NCBI GenBank assembly: GCA_021613535.1
Contig: CP075493.1
Location: forward strand, 1,240,001 to 1,304,000
Length of the DNA: 64,000 nucleotides
DNA from: Adineta vaga
Taxonomy: Eukaryota > Animalia > Rotifera
Reading direction: 5' to 3'
Shown: in pieces, positions 49,497 through 64,000 of the stretch
Numbering within the stretch: the first letter of the stretch is position 1
How the letters are laid out: each line of letters begins with the position of its first letter
Translations under genes and position numbers: made by a program
Notes under the pieces: model-generated
What the model was told of the DNA's origin: nothing
Databases searched by the model: none
Seen by the model: only the letters and a program-made list of their open reading frames with translations

Positions 49497-52400
49497 TCAA
49501 CTTTCTTTTCCGTTTATTTATTGATAAATGATCGATTTTTTTCTGAAGTATTCATATAAACAGAATTTTCAACTGCATGATTTGATGCTGTACCAAAAGA
49601 TAAATATTCTTGTGCATAATCAATCATCGATACAAATAAATTTTCATATTGATTCTAAAAAAAAACTTTATTTATTGAAATATTTGATATAAAATCTAAA
49701 TTACTTGATCAATGAATTCTTTTCTATTCGCACGTATCAAACGAACAATTTTGAACGGATCAATTATTTGTTCTGTTAGCATTTTATCAATAGAATTACA
49801 TAAAGCAACAAAATAACCCGACCATGTTACACCATTTCTTTAACGAAAACAAATCTCTTTATAAACGGAAAAACGAAAACATATTTTGACTTACAAACAT
49901 TGTAAAATAACATTTTGTTCAGTACGTGTTCTCATTTCTTTGAGAAAACGTTTTACAATCGGTAATAAACGTGTCGTACTTTTCACTTCAAATTGACGAA
50001 TTGTTCTGGTTTGATCACTTGTCTAAACAAATTGACGAATTTCGAAATAAATCAAATTTTATGAAAATAACTTACCGATGCACTTTTACTTGTATATTTT
50101 ATTTGAAGTATTCTTTCAATGAGATAATCATCTTCTTTTTGTGAAATTAACAAAATTTCGAACGGTCCAAATGTGATAGTTTGAGACACAGAAGATGGCC
50201 AATAGGGAATATTGTTCTATAACAAGAAGATTTATGAAATCAAAATGAAATGTTTAGTTGATACTTACTGAATCATGCGGTATTGTTTCTATGAGCATAA
50301 TTATTGAAATATTATGATCATAAATAAGACGACAAAAATCGATTAAAGTTCGTGGTAATGGATATTGTGTGACAATATACATAGATGTTTGACGATATGA
50401 CTAAAAGATTGCCATTTATACAAAAGATTTAAGATTTGAATTCTATTTACATTTACAAATACTGCATTAATATAATCAGTTGTTTTTTCAACTTGTGTCA
50501 TTAAATAAGGTCGATGATTATCAGCTAAATAGACGAAAAGAAATGATTTAAAACAATTCAAAAACAAAAACTCATTACCAGCAAGTATAGTTTCTACACG
50601 ATTTTTTTCAACATTTACTGGATCAAGTGCCGCATGATATGAAAATTCTACTGTTAATTGCAATTGTTCTAATAACTATTTTTTTTAACAAAATCAAATT
50701 ATTTATCAAGTTATATTCATTCATTATCTTACTCTATATTGATCTTTAATATCCATATGAACTTTTCTTGTTGCCATAAATTCTTGTGATGATATCCATG
50801 TATTCATTGTTAAGATGCCTTCAATTAATGTTCGATATAAAAATACATATTGACCGACTGTTTGAATCATATAAACACGATTTTGTCTAAGAAAGAAATC
50901 ATTTCAATGTAAAATTCTTGAAATTAATTCTTCTTCTTACCTCATTCGATGAGTAAACTCAAGTATATCGATCGTATCCACAGATGTAGACATTTCAAGT
51001 AAAGCATCTAGCGCAATAAATGTTCCCGATCGACCAACACCCGCACTAAAAAAGATTTGTTGTTTTTATTTATAGAGAAATCAATATATCTGAATTTTTA
51101 CCTGCAATGAACTAGAATTGGTGTTGTTGATATCTTATAATCACTACGAAATCGTTGTCGAAATTCAAGTAATGGTGTAGGTAATGATAAAAAATCATGA
51201 TCTAAATCATTATTGATTTTGAAGAAAACTCGTCAGATATTTCAAGTAACTTACCTGGCCAAGATAAGAAATGAAATTGTTTAATCGTTAAAACTTCGGA
51301 TGACTAAAATAAATCCATTGAACATGATCTAATTACGCGAATCATCTTACTTCAATTGGATTTGATAAACTAAATCGACGTATTGTATAATACATATATT
51401 TCTCTTCATTTTCAATACGAATTATAAAATTATTAATTTGTTTTTCACCTTCATCAGGCCAATATTGTAAACATTTATGCTGAGAACAAAAAAAAAGAAT
51501 TAATCAATGAAAAGCCATATGTCTTACTTTTCCATCTTCGAATAATCTTGTTAGCATTACTATTGATTGTATACGAAATTGCCAAATCATTCGAATAAAA
51601 TCATACAATGTTGTATCCGTCGGCGCTAAATGAGAGATGAAGTCTTTTTCTTTTCATGATTTAAATAAATAAATAAATAAACCTTGAGATGCTATATAAA
51701 CTTTCTTTGTTCTATATCCATCGATATACGATGCATTGATATAATCACTTGTTGAATCATGTGGTAATGTTCGAAGAATAACTCGAGAATGATCGTCTAA
51801 ATAAATTGAATGATGAATTGCGAGTTTCTTTATTTTGACAATTTGTCTACAAACATGGTTCGATACAATTGAATCGATTTTTCATTTTATTTTCCGGACG
51901 AAGAGCTACTGTTTTTGGATGAAGTGATTCTATTGGTAATTTCTAATAGAAAATTCAATAGAAGATATTTTGTTTTTCTTTCGGAAATTTATACTTCGAA
52001 TTCTTGACGAATTTGTTGTTCGGGGAAACGATCTGGATTAATCCATGATTTTAATTCTGATAATGTCACAGGATTTCGTAAAAGATTAGTATCAAAATTA
52101 TCCGTTATAGTTTGATCTGAATAAAATGAGAAAGGTTTTTTTTGTAAAATTTTCTTCCAACGAAAGACTATTTACTTGATTCATTTTCGGAAATTTCATT
52201 AAGAAATAAAGTTGGCATTTTTGATGATGGATGTTTGCGTTTTTTTGGTACGATCATTTTTTTAAAACGTTTCCATAATGGTATTTTATGTGCTGGAGAT
52301 GGTTGTGTTATATTCAACGTATTTTTCGTTGGTGATGTTGTTATCGGAATTCTTAATGACATAACGGATTGAGGTGAATCCGTTGAATAATTTATTTCAG

Positions 52401-52863
52401 TCATTTTCTTTATTGGTGATAATGATAAGGTTGAATTTTGTTGATAAAGTTCATGATGAGATTTAGCATGATATAATTTATTTGTTTTTAATTGTAATTG
52501 AGAAATTGATTGATCTTCATCATGTATTTGTAAACTATGATAAGTATTTGTTAACGATGGATTTGATGTATATTGTGGTCCTGTAGAAGAATTCATGTGT
52601 GAAGTTATACGTTCAGATGGAAGAATAATTGGTGGATAATGATGTTCATTATGTCGACGTCGAGAAGGTCTTCTGATCTTTTTATTGAAAGAAAATATTT
52701 AATGAAGAAAATACATAATAAATGTTACTTGATTATCGATACTAGTACAACTGGTCAATGAGAGATGAGGATAACGTTTACTGTGTTCTTGTGTCTGTCG
52801 TTCTCTTTCTTCTTTATCGTTGTTGTTGTCGTCGTCGTCGTCGTCTTCAATTTTTTTCTCCAT
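49497..52863 (-). CDS. Tandem-domain (D1-D2) classical protein tyrosine phosphatase lacking an ectodomain and TM segment
   Basis: D1: [38 protein letters not shown]|D, VHC|[19 protein letters not shown]2: [16 protein letters not shown], degenerate ILQCL|NGVTWSG. Many short introns; ATG at 52861-52863. Confidence 0.92.
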
Positions 52864-54383
52864 GATATGTACGGATTAATTCTGTCGCCTCCACATTCAC
52901 ATAGACATAAACAAGCAATAGAAAAAGTCAAATCGGACAAAAGTTCAATTTTATCGTTATTATTCGTCCTCGAACAATAACAAATAGAAAAACATGCGTC
53001 TCGCTTTCGAGAAATATTTAGAAATTCATACGACGTAAAAGTTAAATAGAAAAAGAAAAAAATGCTTTGTCTGAAATAATATCCTGATTATACATAAAGA
53101 GACCTTGTGTCAGAAAAAATCAATGAAACAAAATGGATTTTTACTCAAAATATTATTTCGACGTTTAGGATTCTTTTTCTTTTTCGTTTCTTGAATAAAT
53201 CTATATTTATAAATATACATTTACATTTCATTGATTTTTTTAATCTCTTCTCTTTCGCGTTTTTCTCTCTCGTTCGATGCATTGATTTGTATAGGAATAA
53301 AAGAACGAAGAAAGAAAGAAAGAAAAAAAAACTCCGCGATCTATTACGAAACTCATTTTGTAAGTTAGATAAACAAATGTAGATTTTTATCAAAATAAAG
53401 AAATAGTTTAAAAAATTAACCAGAAGACTTTCGATCGATAATATACATCAATAGACATGAATGAAGAGAAAAGTGATGTACTTCTTTATTCAAATCAAAC
53501 TGTAAATTATGATTGAAATGTTCGATTATCATGTAATGCTGCTTTTGTGATTTTGAGTCTCATGAATACAACCTTCATTCGCTTAAGTCAAAGAGATATT
53601 TCTTTAATTGATATGTGTTGCTTTAACTATCTTAATACTAATGACTATTTTTTTTCTACACGAATAATTTCATTAGAAAAACAAGAAACATAACAACTAC
53701 AGACATATAGAAATAATTATATGAATAATAATAAACATGAAGATCAAGACAATCAAATGAGGTCTCGTCTTCGATCTTTACATATTTTGTTTTCACAGTA
53801 GATTCCTGATTAAAAACGATTTTGATGAGTAGTGTCACATATCTCACGTTTCGGAGACGAGGGTGTGTCTCCAAATGTTGATTCAAATGATTTGTATATA
53901 TACTTTTTAAGCAATGATAATAGAAAGTAATTCATTGATCTCTGCATCTTTCAATCAAACATTTCTTCATCATTTATCGTTTCAATCTGATGATATTGTT
54001 TGCATTCCTAGTAGAAATCAAAAATGATTTTTTCCTTGACGTCATCAGTATGAAGAATATTCTTCAAAAATGTATCATGTGAAAGAAATATGTCTGATTA
54101 AACAAAAATAATTATCATTGTATATTTCTTTTTCTAATATAGGTTTTTCAGTGTAGAGAAAATTAGTTCATATCATAAACAATTTATGATATTCTTCAGT
54201 GAAATGAAAACATTAAATTACTTTTCAAAATGGAAATGAAAACTTTAGATCTAGTCTTGAATATTTCTCAGTTGATTATAAAGACACTTTTATAATAGAA
54301 CGTCTTTCATTATGTGTTGTTTTTTTTTCTTAACTGATCGAATAAAAGTGTTTTTACTTTAGATTGATAACGTTTTTCTATTT

Positions 54384-55950
54384 ATGGATTGTTCAACTGA
54401 CAGTACTGAAATTCCTACAATAACGATCGACAAACCGTAAGAATAAAATTAACAATATTTTTTAGTTTATATCAAATTTATTTTGTTATTTTTAGGAAAA
54501 AAAATGTTTCGCAAAAGAAGATTTTTTTTCTTGTTATGGGAACTGTTGCATGTGCAGTTATGATAATACTAGCTATTGTTTTATATCTTGTTATATCTCG
54601 TAAAGATGCAATTCCATTAGCAAATAACTTATCAATACGAACATCAACATCTGGTATGTTCGAATCATTTTCATTGAGATCTTTAAGACAAATACAAATT
54701 CATAAGTTTTAAAAATAAACAAAATAGAAAAAAAAACGTTTCTAATCCTTGATTTTTCTATTATAGCATCTCTTCTAAATTCTTCAGTAGAAGGTATTCT
54801 AACATATTATCCTGGTACATTGACCAATACTAGTTATAAGTATGTGCAATTATCATATGTATATCGATATTATTATGAAGCAATCCAAGTCACTGTATCG
54901 ATTTCCGGCGTCTACACATTTACAGATTTGGGTACGATGGATAGTTATGGTTATTTATACAAAAATGATCCACAACCAATAGATACATGTGGAAATCTTC
55001 TTATTGAAAATGATGATATGAATGAGGATAGTACACAATTTCAAATTCAATATACATTGCAATCAGATATGGTCTACATTTTAATTGTATCTACATATGA
55101 TGCTGAAACCTTTGGCGAATTTCGTATCAGGGCAATGGGTCCAGACATTGTCGACTTTCACCGTATTAATGATGATTATGGACCACTTGGTAAGTATGCT
55201 AATAGAATGTTTATTCTTACGAGAAAAATCGATAAAGAATTAGAATTACATAAATCAACTGAGAGTCGACTGTGCACTAGTCAGTCAGATAGATGGGCAA
55301 GTAACTAGAAGAGGTTGCTTGCAAATGAGGCAATTCTATGTGATATTTTTTAAACACAGTATTTGAATATTATAATAATATATATTTATTCTATTTTAGC
55401 TTCAGATTCATTATCACTTCTTAGTAATAATGAAGTAGTCTATGGAGTATTTAACACAATTGCGGGTAATGACAATATTGCAGCTACAGCTGGTTCGGGT
55501 ATTGGAAAATATCCATCAGCTGAATCACCAAGTAATGCATGTGATAATTATCAAACAACAAAATATTTAAGTTTTGGTCCATGTACTGGGCAAACTCTTG
55601 ATGGATCGTGTGGTTTAAATACTGGTTTCTATTTAACATTAACACGCGGTTTATCAACAATGTTTGGAGTACAATTTTGTACAGCTAATGATTGGCAACA
55701 ACGTGATCCCTCTCGAATAACAATAGAAGGAAGCAATGAATCTGGTGACGATCTTATTCGTGGTTCAAGTTGGAATTTGATTTATAATGGAACTACCGGA
55801 TTTTCTTCATATCGTGAAAGACAAACATGTTATTCCATACAATACTTTTGTAATTCAATTCCTTATACAAGTTATCGAGTTCTTATTACAGCTAAATTTG
55901 AAAGCTCGAATTCTGTTCAATATTCTGAAGTCAAATTCTATGGGAAATGA
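54384..55950 (+). CDS. Type II membrane protein with a PPC-like beta domain and an F5/8-like (galactose-binding-fold) domain
   Basis: TM segment IFFLVMGTVACAVMIILAIVLYLVI. Domain 1: YYYEAIQV..SGVYTF..DSYGYLY..NDD..YILIVSTY. Domain 2: ESPSNACD..TKYLSFG..QFCTAND..RDP..IEGSN..YRVL..VQYSE. Three GT-AG introns. Confidence 0.8.
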
Positions 55951-57263
55951 TATATATATAACCATTTAACAACTTCAAAACTCATTACAATAAAAATTGC
56001 TTATTTAATTTACCAATTTTTGATGCTTGTTATATTCTATATATTCATTTATATCGCAGCTAATAAATATTTCTTTCAAATAAAATTATTTTTAAACATT
56101 TTATTTTTTTGAACAAATAGAAATTCAATTGATAATTATATATATTCAAAGCGAACGTTTGACAGGTACAACTCAAATGGCAAATACAAATTGAAAATAA
56201 TTGTTACCTCAGATTCTCATGTGTATTCAAAATGAAATCGTCTTTTAATAATGAGAGATTTTTTATTCACTTCTATCTATCCGCATATATTTTAGTGTAG
56301 CGCTGACCATAAAGTGAACATTAGAAATCATATATTTTTCTTTTTTTGTCATCTTGATAGGAAATGAAGTGTTACCCTCGATATAGACAGATGAAGGGAA
56401 ATGATTCTATTGATTGACATGTATATGTTTTTGTTTCTCACAAATGAAATTATTTTTTCGATCTCAAAAACTGCATTCCTACGATTTTATTTCAGTTGAC
56501 TTGACTTATGAAATATAGATTTCTACTTTCATATTAACATCTATCAAGATCAAGTCATTTACTTGAAATCCTTTTTTTAAAGGGTAATCTTTTTTGGATA
56601 GAACAACAAGAATGGTACTGATGAATAGTAACAGTTATTCACCAGACACTAACTTTGCTATCTCTCTGTCCTTTCGAGATGCGGCCATACTTCTAAAGAA
56701 AAGATAGGCATTCGCACAATTCGTCTTATGGTTTTTCTTTTCGTATAAGAACCATATTACATTATGTTTTAAATTTTGACTATCTTGAAAACAATGTATT
56801 TGCATTTTTGTTATGTATCAACTTGATTCTTTCGTAGATTAGCTATAGTTACTCAAGAATAATACTCTTTGTTTACGTCAATTGGTATACCTCATAAGTA
56901 CAATACCTTAAAATTCGAATTTTAAAACAACAAAATATATCATGTTCCTTTGAAAACAAATGAATCTTCAAGCGAACGAACAAAAAGAAAAATTCAATGA
57001 TCAATCTGTCTATAATTTTTCTAGTAGTTATAATTTGACGATCGAGCAAACTTTCGCACATATAAATCATCAATATGAAAAGTATAAACTTTGATTTATT
57101 CTGTATAGTCAATCATTCCAATCGAAATATGTTTCAAATTTTGACTTTTCCTATATTATAAATAAAAACAAAGATTTATCATAACTTAGAAATGAAATGA
57201 AAACCATATTTCATTTTTTCAAAAATTTCAGTAGAAAATTTGTATATACAAAAAAAAAGATCA

Positions 57264-59451
57264 CTATGATTTGAATGTTTGTTGAAGATCTTCTAAACTG
57301 AGATTTTCAAGCATTATTGGTTCATTTTCAAAATTATATTTCGATGAAGTTGAACCACTTGTTGTTGGTCTTGATGTTAAATATTTAACAACATCTTGTT
57401 CTTCTTCCGTTATTGGTACACTTGTTCGACGACGCATTTTTGTTTCACGACGTGTATTGGAAAGAGTCAAATCGACTCGATTGTTATTCGAATTCATTGA
57501 TAGATCTCTATGCAAAGATGAAGCTGGTTGAGAAGTAGCATAAGCCGAACGACAACGTGTTGGAGATAAGTCATTTTGAGCAGCGGTAGCAAATGTACTT
57601 AAGCGACGTGTTTCACGATCAGCATTCAATGATACAGCAGATGATACACGAATATTAAGTAATTTCTATATACAAAGAAATAGATCAAAAAAGATTGTCT
57701 TTGGTTAGGATTTTACCTGTTTAAATTGTTTTCGTGTAAGCTGAACTTGTTCTTCAATTTTCTGTTGTGTTAATGCTCGTTCATCAACAAGTTCAGCACA
57801 TTTTTTCATATATAGATTTCTAAAAACATCTTCAATCTTAACATGTACAATTTCTTGAAATAAATCTGTACCGTAGATCAGCATTTTCCAGATGTAATTG
57901 ATCCATTCGTGCTAAAGAACGACGTTCTGTTTCTTTAATCTTCTCATCAAATCGTGTTCGGAAGTCATGTAACTCTCGATTCTAAAGAAATTCAAATTCA
58001 TTAAAGTTTCAAATGGCAAATAAAATCATTTCATTACAGTTTCAACATGTTTAACTTCTAAATCTTTTAATCGCACAGCTAAATTAACAGCGCGATCTTT
58101 TGTATCTTCAAGTTCAATTTTCGTTTCTGTTAAATCTTTTGTTAATGATTCTACGCGTGCTCGATCATAAGCTGAATCTGTAAATGTTTTTTGAATCGTC
58201 TAAAAACTAAGAGTTTGCAAACATTTTTTGTAATTAAACAACTAAATTTACATCAACTTCTTTCTTATGTTGTTTTTTTAGATTTTCAATTTCCATTTTT
58301 TGTCTTGTTGTTAAATTCTTTCGTTCTTTAATAATTGCATCATTAATTCGTTTACTCATTTCGTCATCTTTCACTTTTAATTCTTTCTTTAATCCTTCAA
58401 TTGCTTCGTTGATTTTTGTTTGAAGTTGTTCAGTATTTTCTTTTTCAAGATTGATCTAGGCAAATAGAAAGTTTTGTTTTTTCTTCTTTAACAAAAGAAA
58501 ACAAGTTTCAATGATAAATTTATACTTTATAAGCATGAAATGAAGTTTTGACAAAGTCAAGTTCATTCTTCAAATGTTCTTCACGTTTATGATTTTGACT
58601 TTTTTCTTCTTCTAAGACTTTTAAATGCTTGGCATTTTGATCTTCAAGTTCTTTTTCATGTTCGAGCATTTGATGATGAAGTAACTCTTGAAATTGTTTA
58701 TTTTGACTTTGTAATTGATTAGTATGAAGTTCATCTGTCTACTCAAAAAAAAATACATTGTAACAAAGATATACAACGAATATTCAATACTTTATTTCGT
58801 GCTATTCGATTATTCATACGATCTTCAGCTAATTGTACAGCTAAATCATCGATTTGTTCACATAAATGATCGATATATGCTTGAATTGGTGGTGGAAGAA
58901 GAGCACGTCTAAAAGAATTCCCTAAAGAATTACAAATCTACAAAAGAAAATGTTCATACTGTGCTTTGTCGTCATAATTAATCGGTTCATCTATAATGTT
59001 AAATAAGTCATCATTTATAATAGCATCAACATTTTGTTTATTCTTTTTCACAGTTAATCCCTGTTGACTATAAACTTGTCGTTTTTCACCCTATGAATAA
59101 AAACAAACAAGAATATTTTATCATTTATTTATCGAGTGATTAACATACATCAAAAAATCGTTGCCATGGTTCAGGTTTGAGTTTTTTCAATGGATGATGT
59201 GATGGAAAAATCTGATTTGAAGTCGAACCATTCGATTGTATTCGATGAACAGAAATAGCTGAACTAAAAGATAGATTCTGCTTAATCAAAACAGATAATT
59301 CTCTTAAAATACTATACGTTGGTCGATTTAGAGAACTTGATGAGAATGGTCTAGTATTTGGAAGTAATCTAAATAAACAAATATTGTATAGAATTGTTTT
59401 CTTGTGAAATAGAAAATCTTCCTACACAGGTAATGTTGTTTGTTGATTCAT
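57264..59451 (-). CDS. Long coiled-coil protein of unknown function (about 10 exons)
   Basis: Spliced reading frame from MNQQTTLP through E/K/Q-rich heptads to the last exon ...LEDLQQTFKS*. Consistent GT-AG introns. Confidence 0.75.
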
Positions 59452-60449
59452 CTTATGGTCAGAAACAAAAAAGTCTAGTCTTCGATACCAATACGGTCTC
59501 AAATTGTTTTACCGACAATGTTTGAGAGAGATGCAAACATTGAAAGATGAAAAAAGTAGAGAGAAAAAAAAGAGAAAGAAAAAATTGCAGAACGGCATCA
59601 AAAGCTCTTGATTAAGAACGATGTGAGAAAGAAAAAGCATAAATGGTCTGTCAAAATAGCTCGACTTTCAAATACAAAAAAGAACTGTAAAGATTGTGTT
59701 TTGTTTGGATGTAAAATAGGTGATTTCTATGTACGATATAGAAATGAAATTTTAAGTTCTAAAGTGATCAACAATTACTTTTACGATCGAATTTTCTTTT
59801 CGAAACTATATTTCTAGGAGATGTTTGCTTACATTGGAGAGAACTGTTCGGTTTGAGATGCACTTCGTAACTATAGAAGCAAATGGAAATCTTGTGTTGT
59901 TTAATTATTTATATATGAATAAGAGAGAAGAGAATTGATCACAGTTACATTTTTCAATCTTTCAAATACATTTGTGATGTATCAAATGAGTATAGAGATC
60001 TAATTAAACTTAGAAAAACATCGATATGAATGTAAACAAATACCTGCACCTTTTTTCTAAAGGAAGACGACATGTTGATGTTTGGGACATTTTTCATTCT
60101 GTCACTTTTTTAAAAGTGTCAAATTTTTCATACAAGTTTTCTCTTTCACCGTTGGATGATATATAAACCAATGAGAAATCATCATTTGACCTCTTTAATG
60201 ATCAAACTGTTTTTTAACGATAAAATATTATTAATTCATTAAATAATCATAATATTCAAGTTTTACAATCATATAATAGATTTACTTCAATTTGAAGTTA
60301 TTGAATATTTCATTGGCTGGTATCATTTGATGGAACAAGTCAATGGATCAATGCCGATTTGTTTATTTATGTTGCTTTTGTAATGCATTGACATTGACAA
60401 TGACACACATTCTCTTCTAATGTTAACTTGAATTTACTTATATATATTT

Positions 60450-62282
<1,833 letters not shown>

Positions 62283-62670
62283 ACAAAAAAAAATTCATTT
62301 TATTGTTTATTTTACATATTGTACAGAATATATTATCATTCTGTTAGATGGATGTTTTTCTTGTCTCTGTTTATCTGAATATTGTCTCAGTACATGAATG
62401 AAATAAATATTTAATCGTTTTTGAGAGAAAAAAAAGATTAGTTTTATGCTTGAATATTTTCCTAAAGGTGAGTTTTCGACGTCGATCATTATTCCAAAAC
62501 CATGTGAGTGCAAATATTTTTAAATAGAGACAATTACTGATTCATTATTTATTCAAAACAAAAGATTGATATTCACCATAGATTATTCGTTTTCTCATTT
62601 ACATCATTCATAGTTAAGTTTATATCACCGAAGGTAACTGTTATACAGTACAATTCATCGAATAACCAAT

Positions 62671-63459
62671 ATGAATTTATGGAAATTCTTATTAATAATA
62701 TTTTCTCTGATAATGTTAAGTAATGTTGAATTATCTACAATTGAGATTCAAAAGGATATCACACTAACAATGAAAATTATTAAACTTGAACTTGAAGGTA
62801 CAAAAATGATCTTTTAATATCCAACAAGTTTTTTCTAGTAATCAATTAATTAAAATCCAGACATATGTATCAGATACAACAGCGCATATTAATAATATTA
62901 AAAAGATTATTCTAAATGCATCTGATGGATTGAAAGTTGCTATCAATGATTTAACAAATACAAGAACTGATTTTGATCCAGTTGCGTCGAATAATATCTT
63001 TGATTTGAATACGAAATATCCATTCAAGATTACAAGATGCATTGGTAAGAAAATTATCTTGTTTTTATTTTGTATTATATTTGTAATATTTTAGATGAAA
63101 TTAAAAGCATATAATACAATTACACAAGAGAAATTGATTGATTTGATGATCTCAGAATCGACTCAATTCAATGAATTGATATATTCTAGTAAAAATCTTT
63201 TGAATATAATGATACACAAGTTTCGGTAGATGTTTTACAGAATAAACTTATAGCTTTGTCTAATTTGATCGATATTCAATGTTATTTTAATAAATTCAAT
63301 TACTCGCCACAATTGTTAAAATTGATTTCAACAGTTATTGAGTCATATGATGGAATCAATATCCCAATAATAGATCTACTTGTTAGAATTCTCAATCAAC
63401 TAAATCAATACCCTGATTGTTTAAATTCTACGGTTGACGTTATCCTACTCACACAATAG
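62671..63459 (+). pseudogene. Probable pseudogene of a secreted alpha-helical protein
   Basis: Signal-peptide-like start MNLWKFLLIIFSLIMLS and GT-AG-bounded exons. The third exon needs a frameshift and contains an in-frame TAG at about 63226. Confidence 0.4.
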
Positions 63460-64000
63460 AAGAAACTTCATTCATAAGATGTTTTTTTGCTGTTGTTTGT
63501 TTTTGTAATTTTAACTAAACATATTTTTGAGAAAAAGATGGAGAATTCTATTCTTATAATGAACGAAGATAGTATGAAAACATTATAGGGAAGAGGTTTT
63601 CAATAGAAGTATATATGTACATGTTGTAACTTTGATCATTTAAAATACCTAATTACTATTTCATTGAATTACAAAATATTTCTGGTTTATTTGTGATTGT
63701 TCATTGAAAACTACTTCGTGAAAATATCTATACTACACTTTGCGACGAAACTTTATATAGAAATTTACATATACGGCGTGTTCATTGTACTTGTATTTGT
63801 GTGTGTGCGTGTGCGTGAAAGAGAGAGAGAAAGTTAAAAGAAACACGTTTCGTTTAGTTTGTATATAAAACAACAAATAATGTTTGGACAACAATCAGCA
63901 GATCAACAAGATTTAAGTGATATTAATACACAAGCATGTTTCATCATTAAATGTTCGTTGAAAAGGATTTTCTTTTCGGATAAGTTTATTAAATGAAAAA

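Overview
AT-rich eukaryotic (metazoan) genomic DNA with many short GT-AG introns of about 50-70 nt. The gene set points to a bdelloid rotifer (inference): intronless 'ASFERH' GPCR, F-box/LRR-like repeat family, FG-GAP relic, Athena-type retroelement and foreign-looking enzymes. Intact genes in order are a B-box/coiled-coil protein; a plant CYP72-clan-like cytochrome P450 head-to-head with an intronless bacterial-type phenolic acid decarboxylase; a single-pass membrane protein; a GPCR; a divergent A/B-type cyclin; a secreted DUF4139-like protein; a six-finger C2H2 transcription factor with an SRRKQSKP NuRD-type motif and about 7.4 kb of upstream non-coding DNA; an ankyrin protein; an unknown gene interrupted by an assembly gap; a KCNQ channel; an SPMIP1/ATP6V1FNB-like protein; intronless TMEM120; a tandem-domain PTP without a transmembrane segment; a type II membrane protein with PPC-like and F5/8-like domains; a coiled-coil protein; and Tip60/KAT5. 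The 5.7-17.3 kb block is rearranged. It holds 5' and 3' pseudogenic fragments of the cyclin on either side of the intact copy, deletions at microhomologies, MITEs, an F-box pseudogene and a relic of the dynein heavy chain N-terminal domain. The best candidate for an undescribed system is the divergent P450 + phenolic acid decarboxylase pair, a possible horizontally assembled two-gene module for phenolic detoxification in an animal. All family assignments come from motif recognition by eye; no database searches were run.
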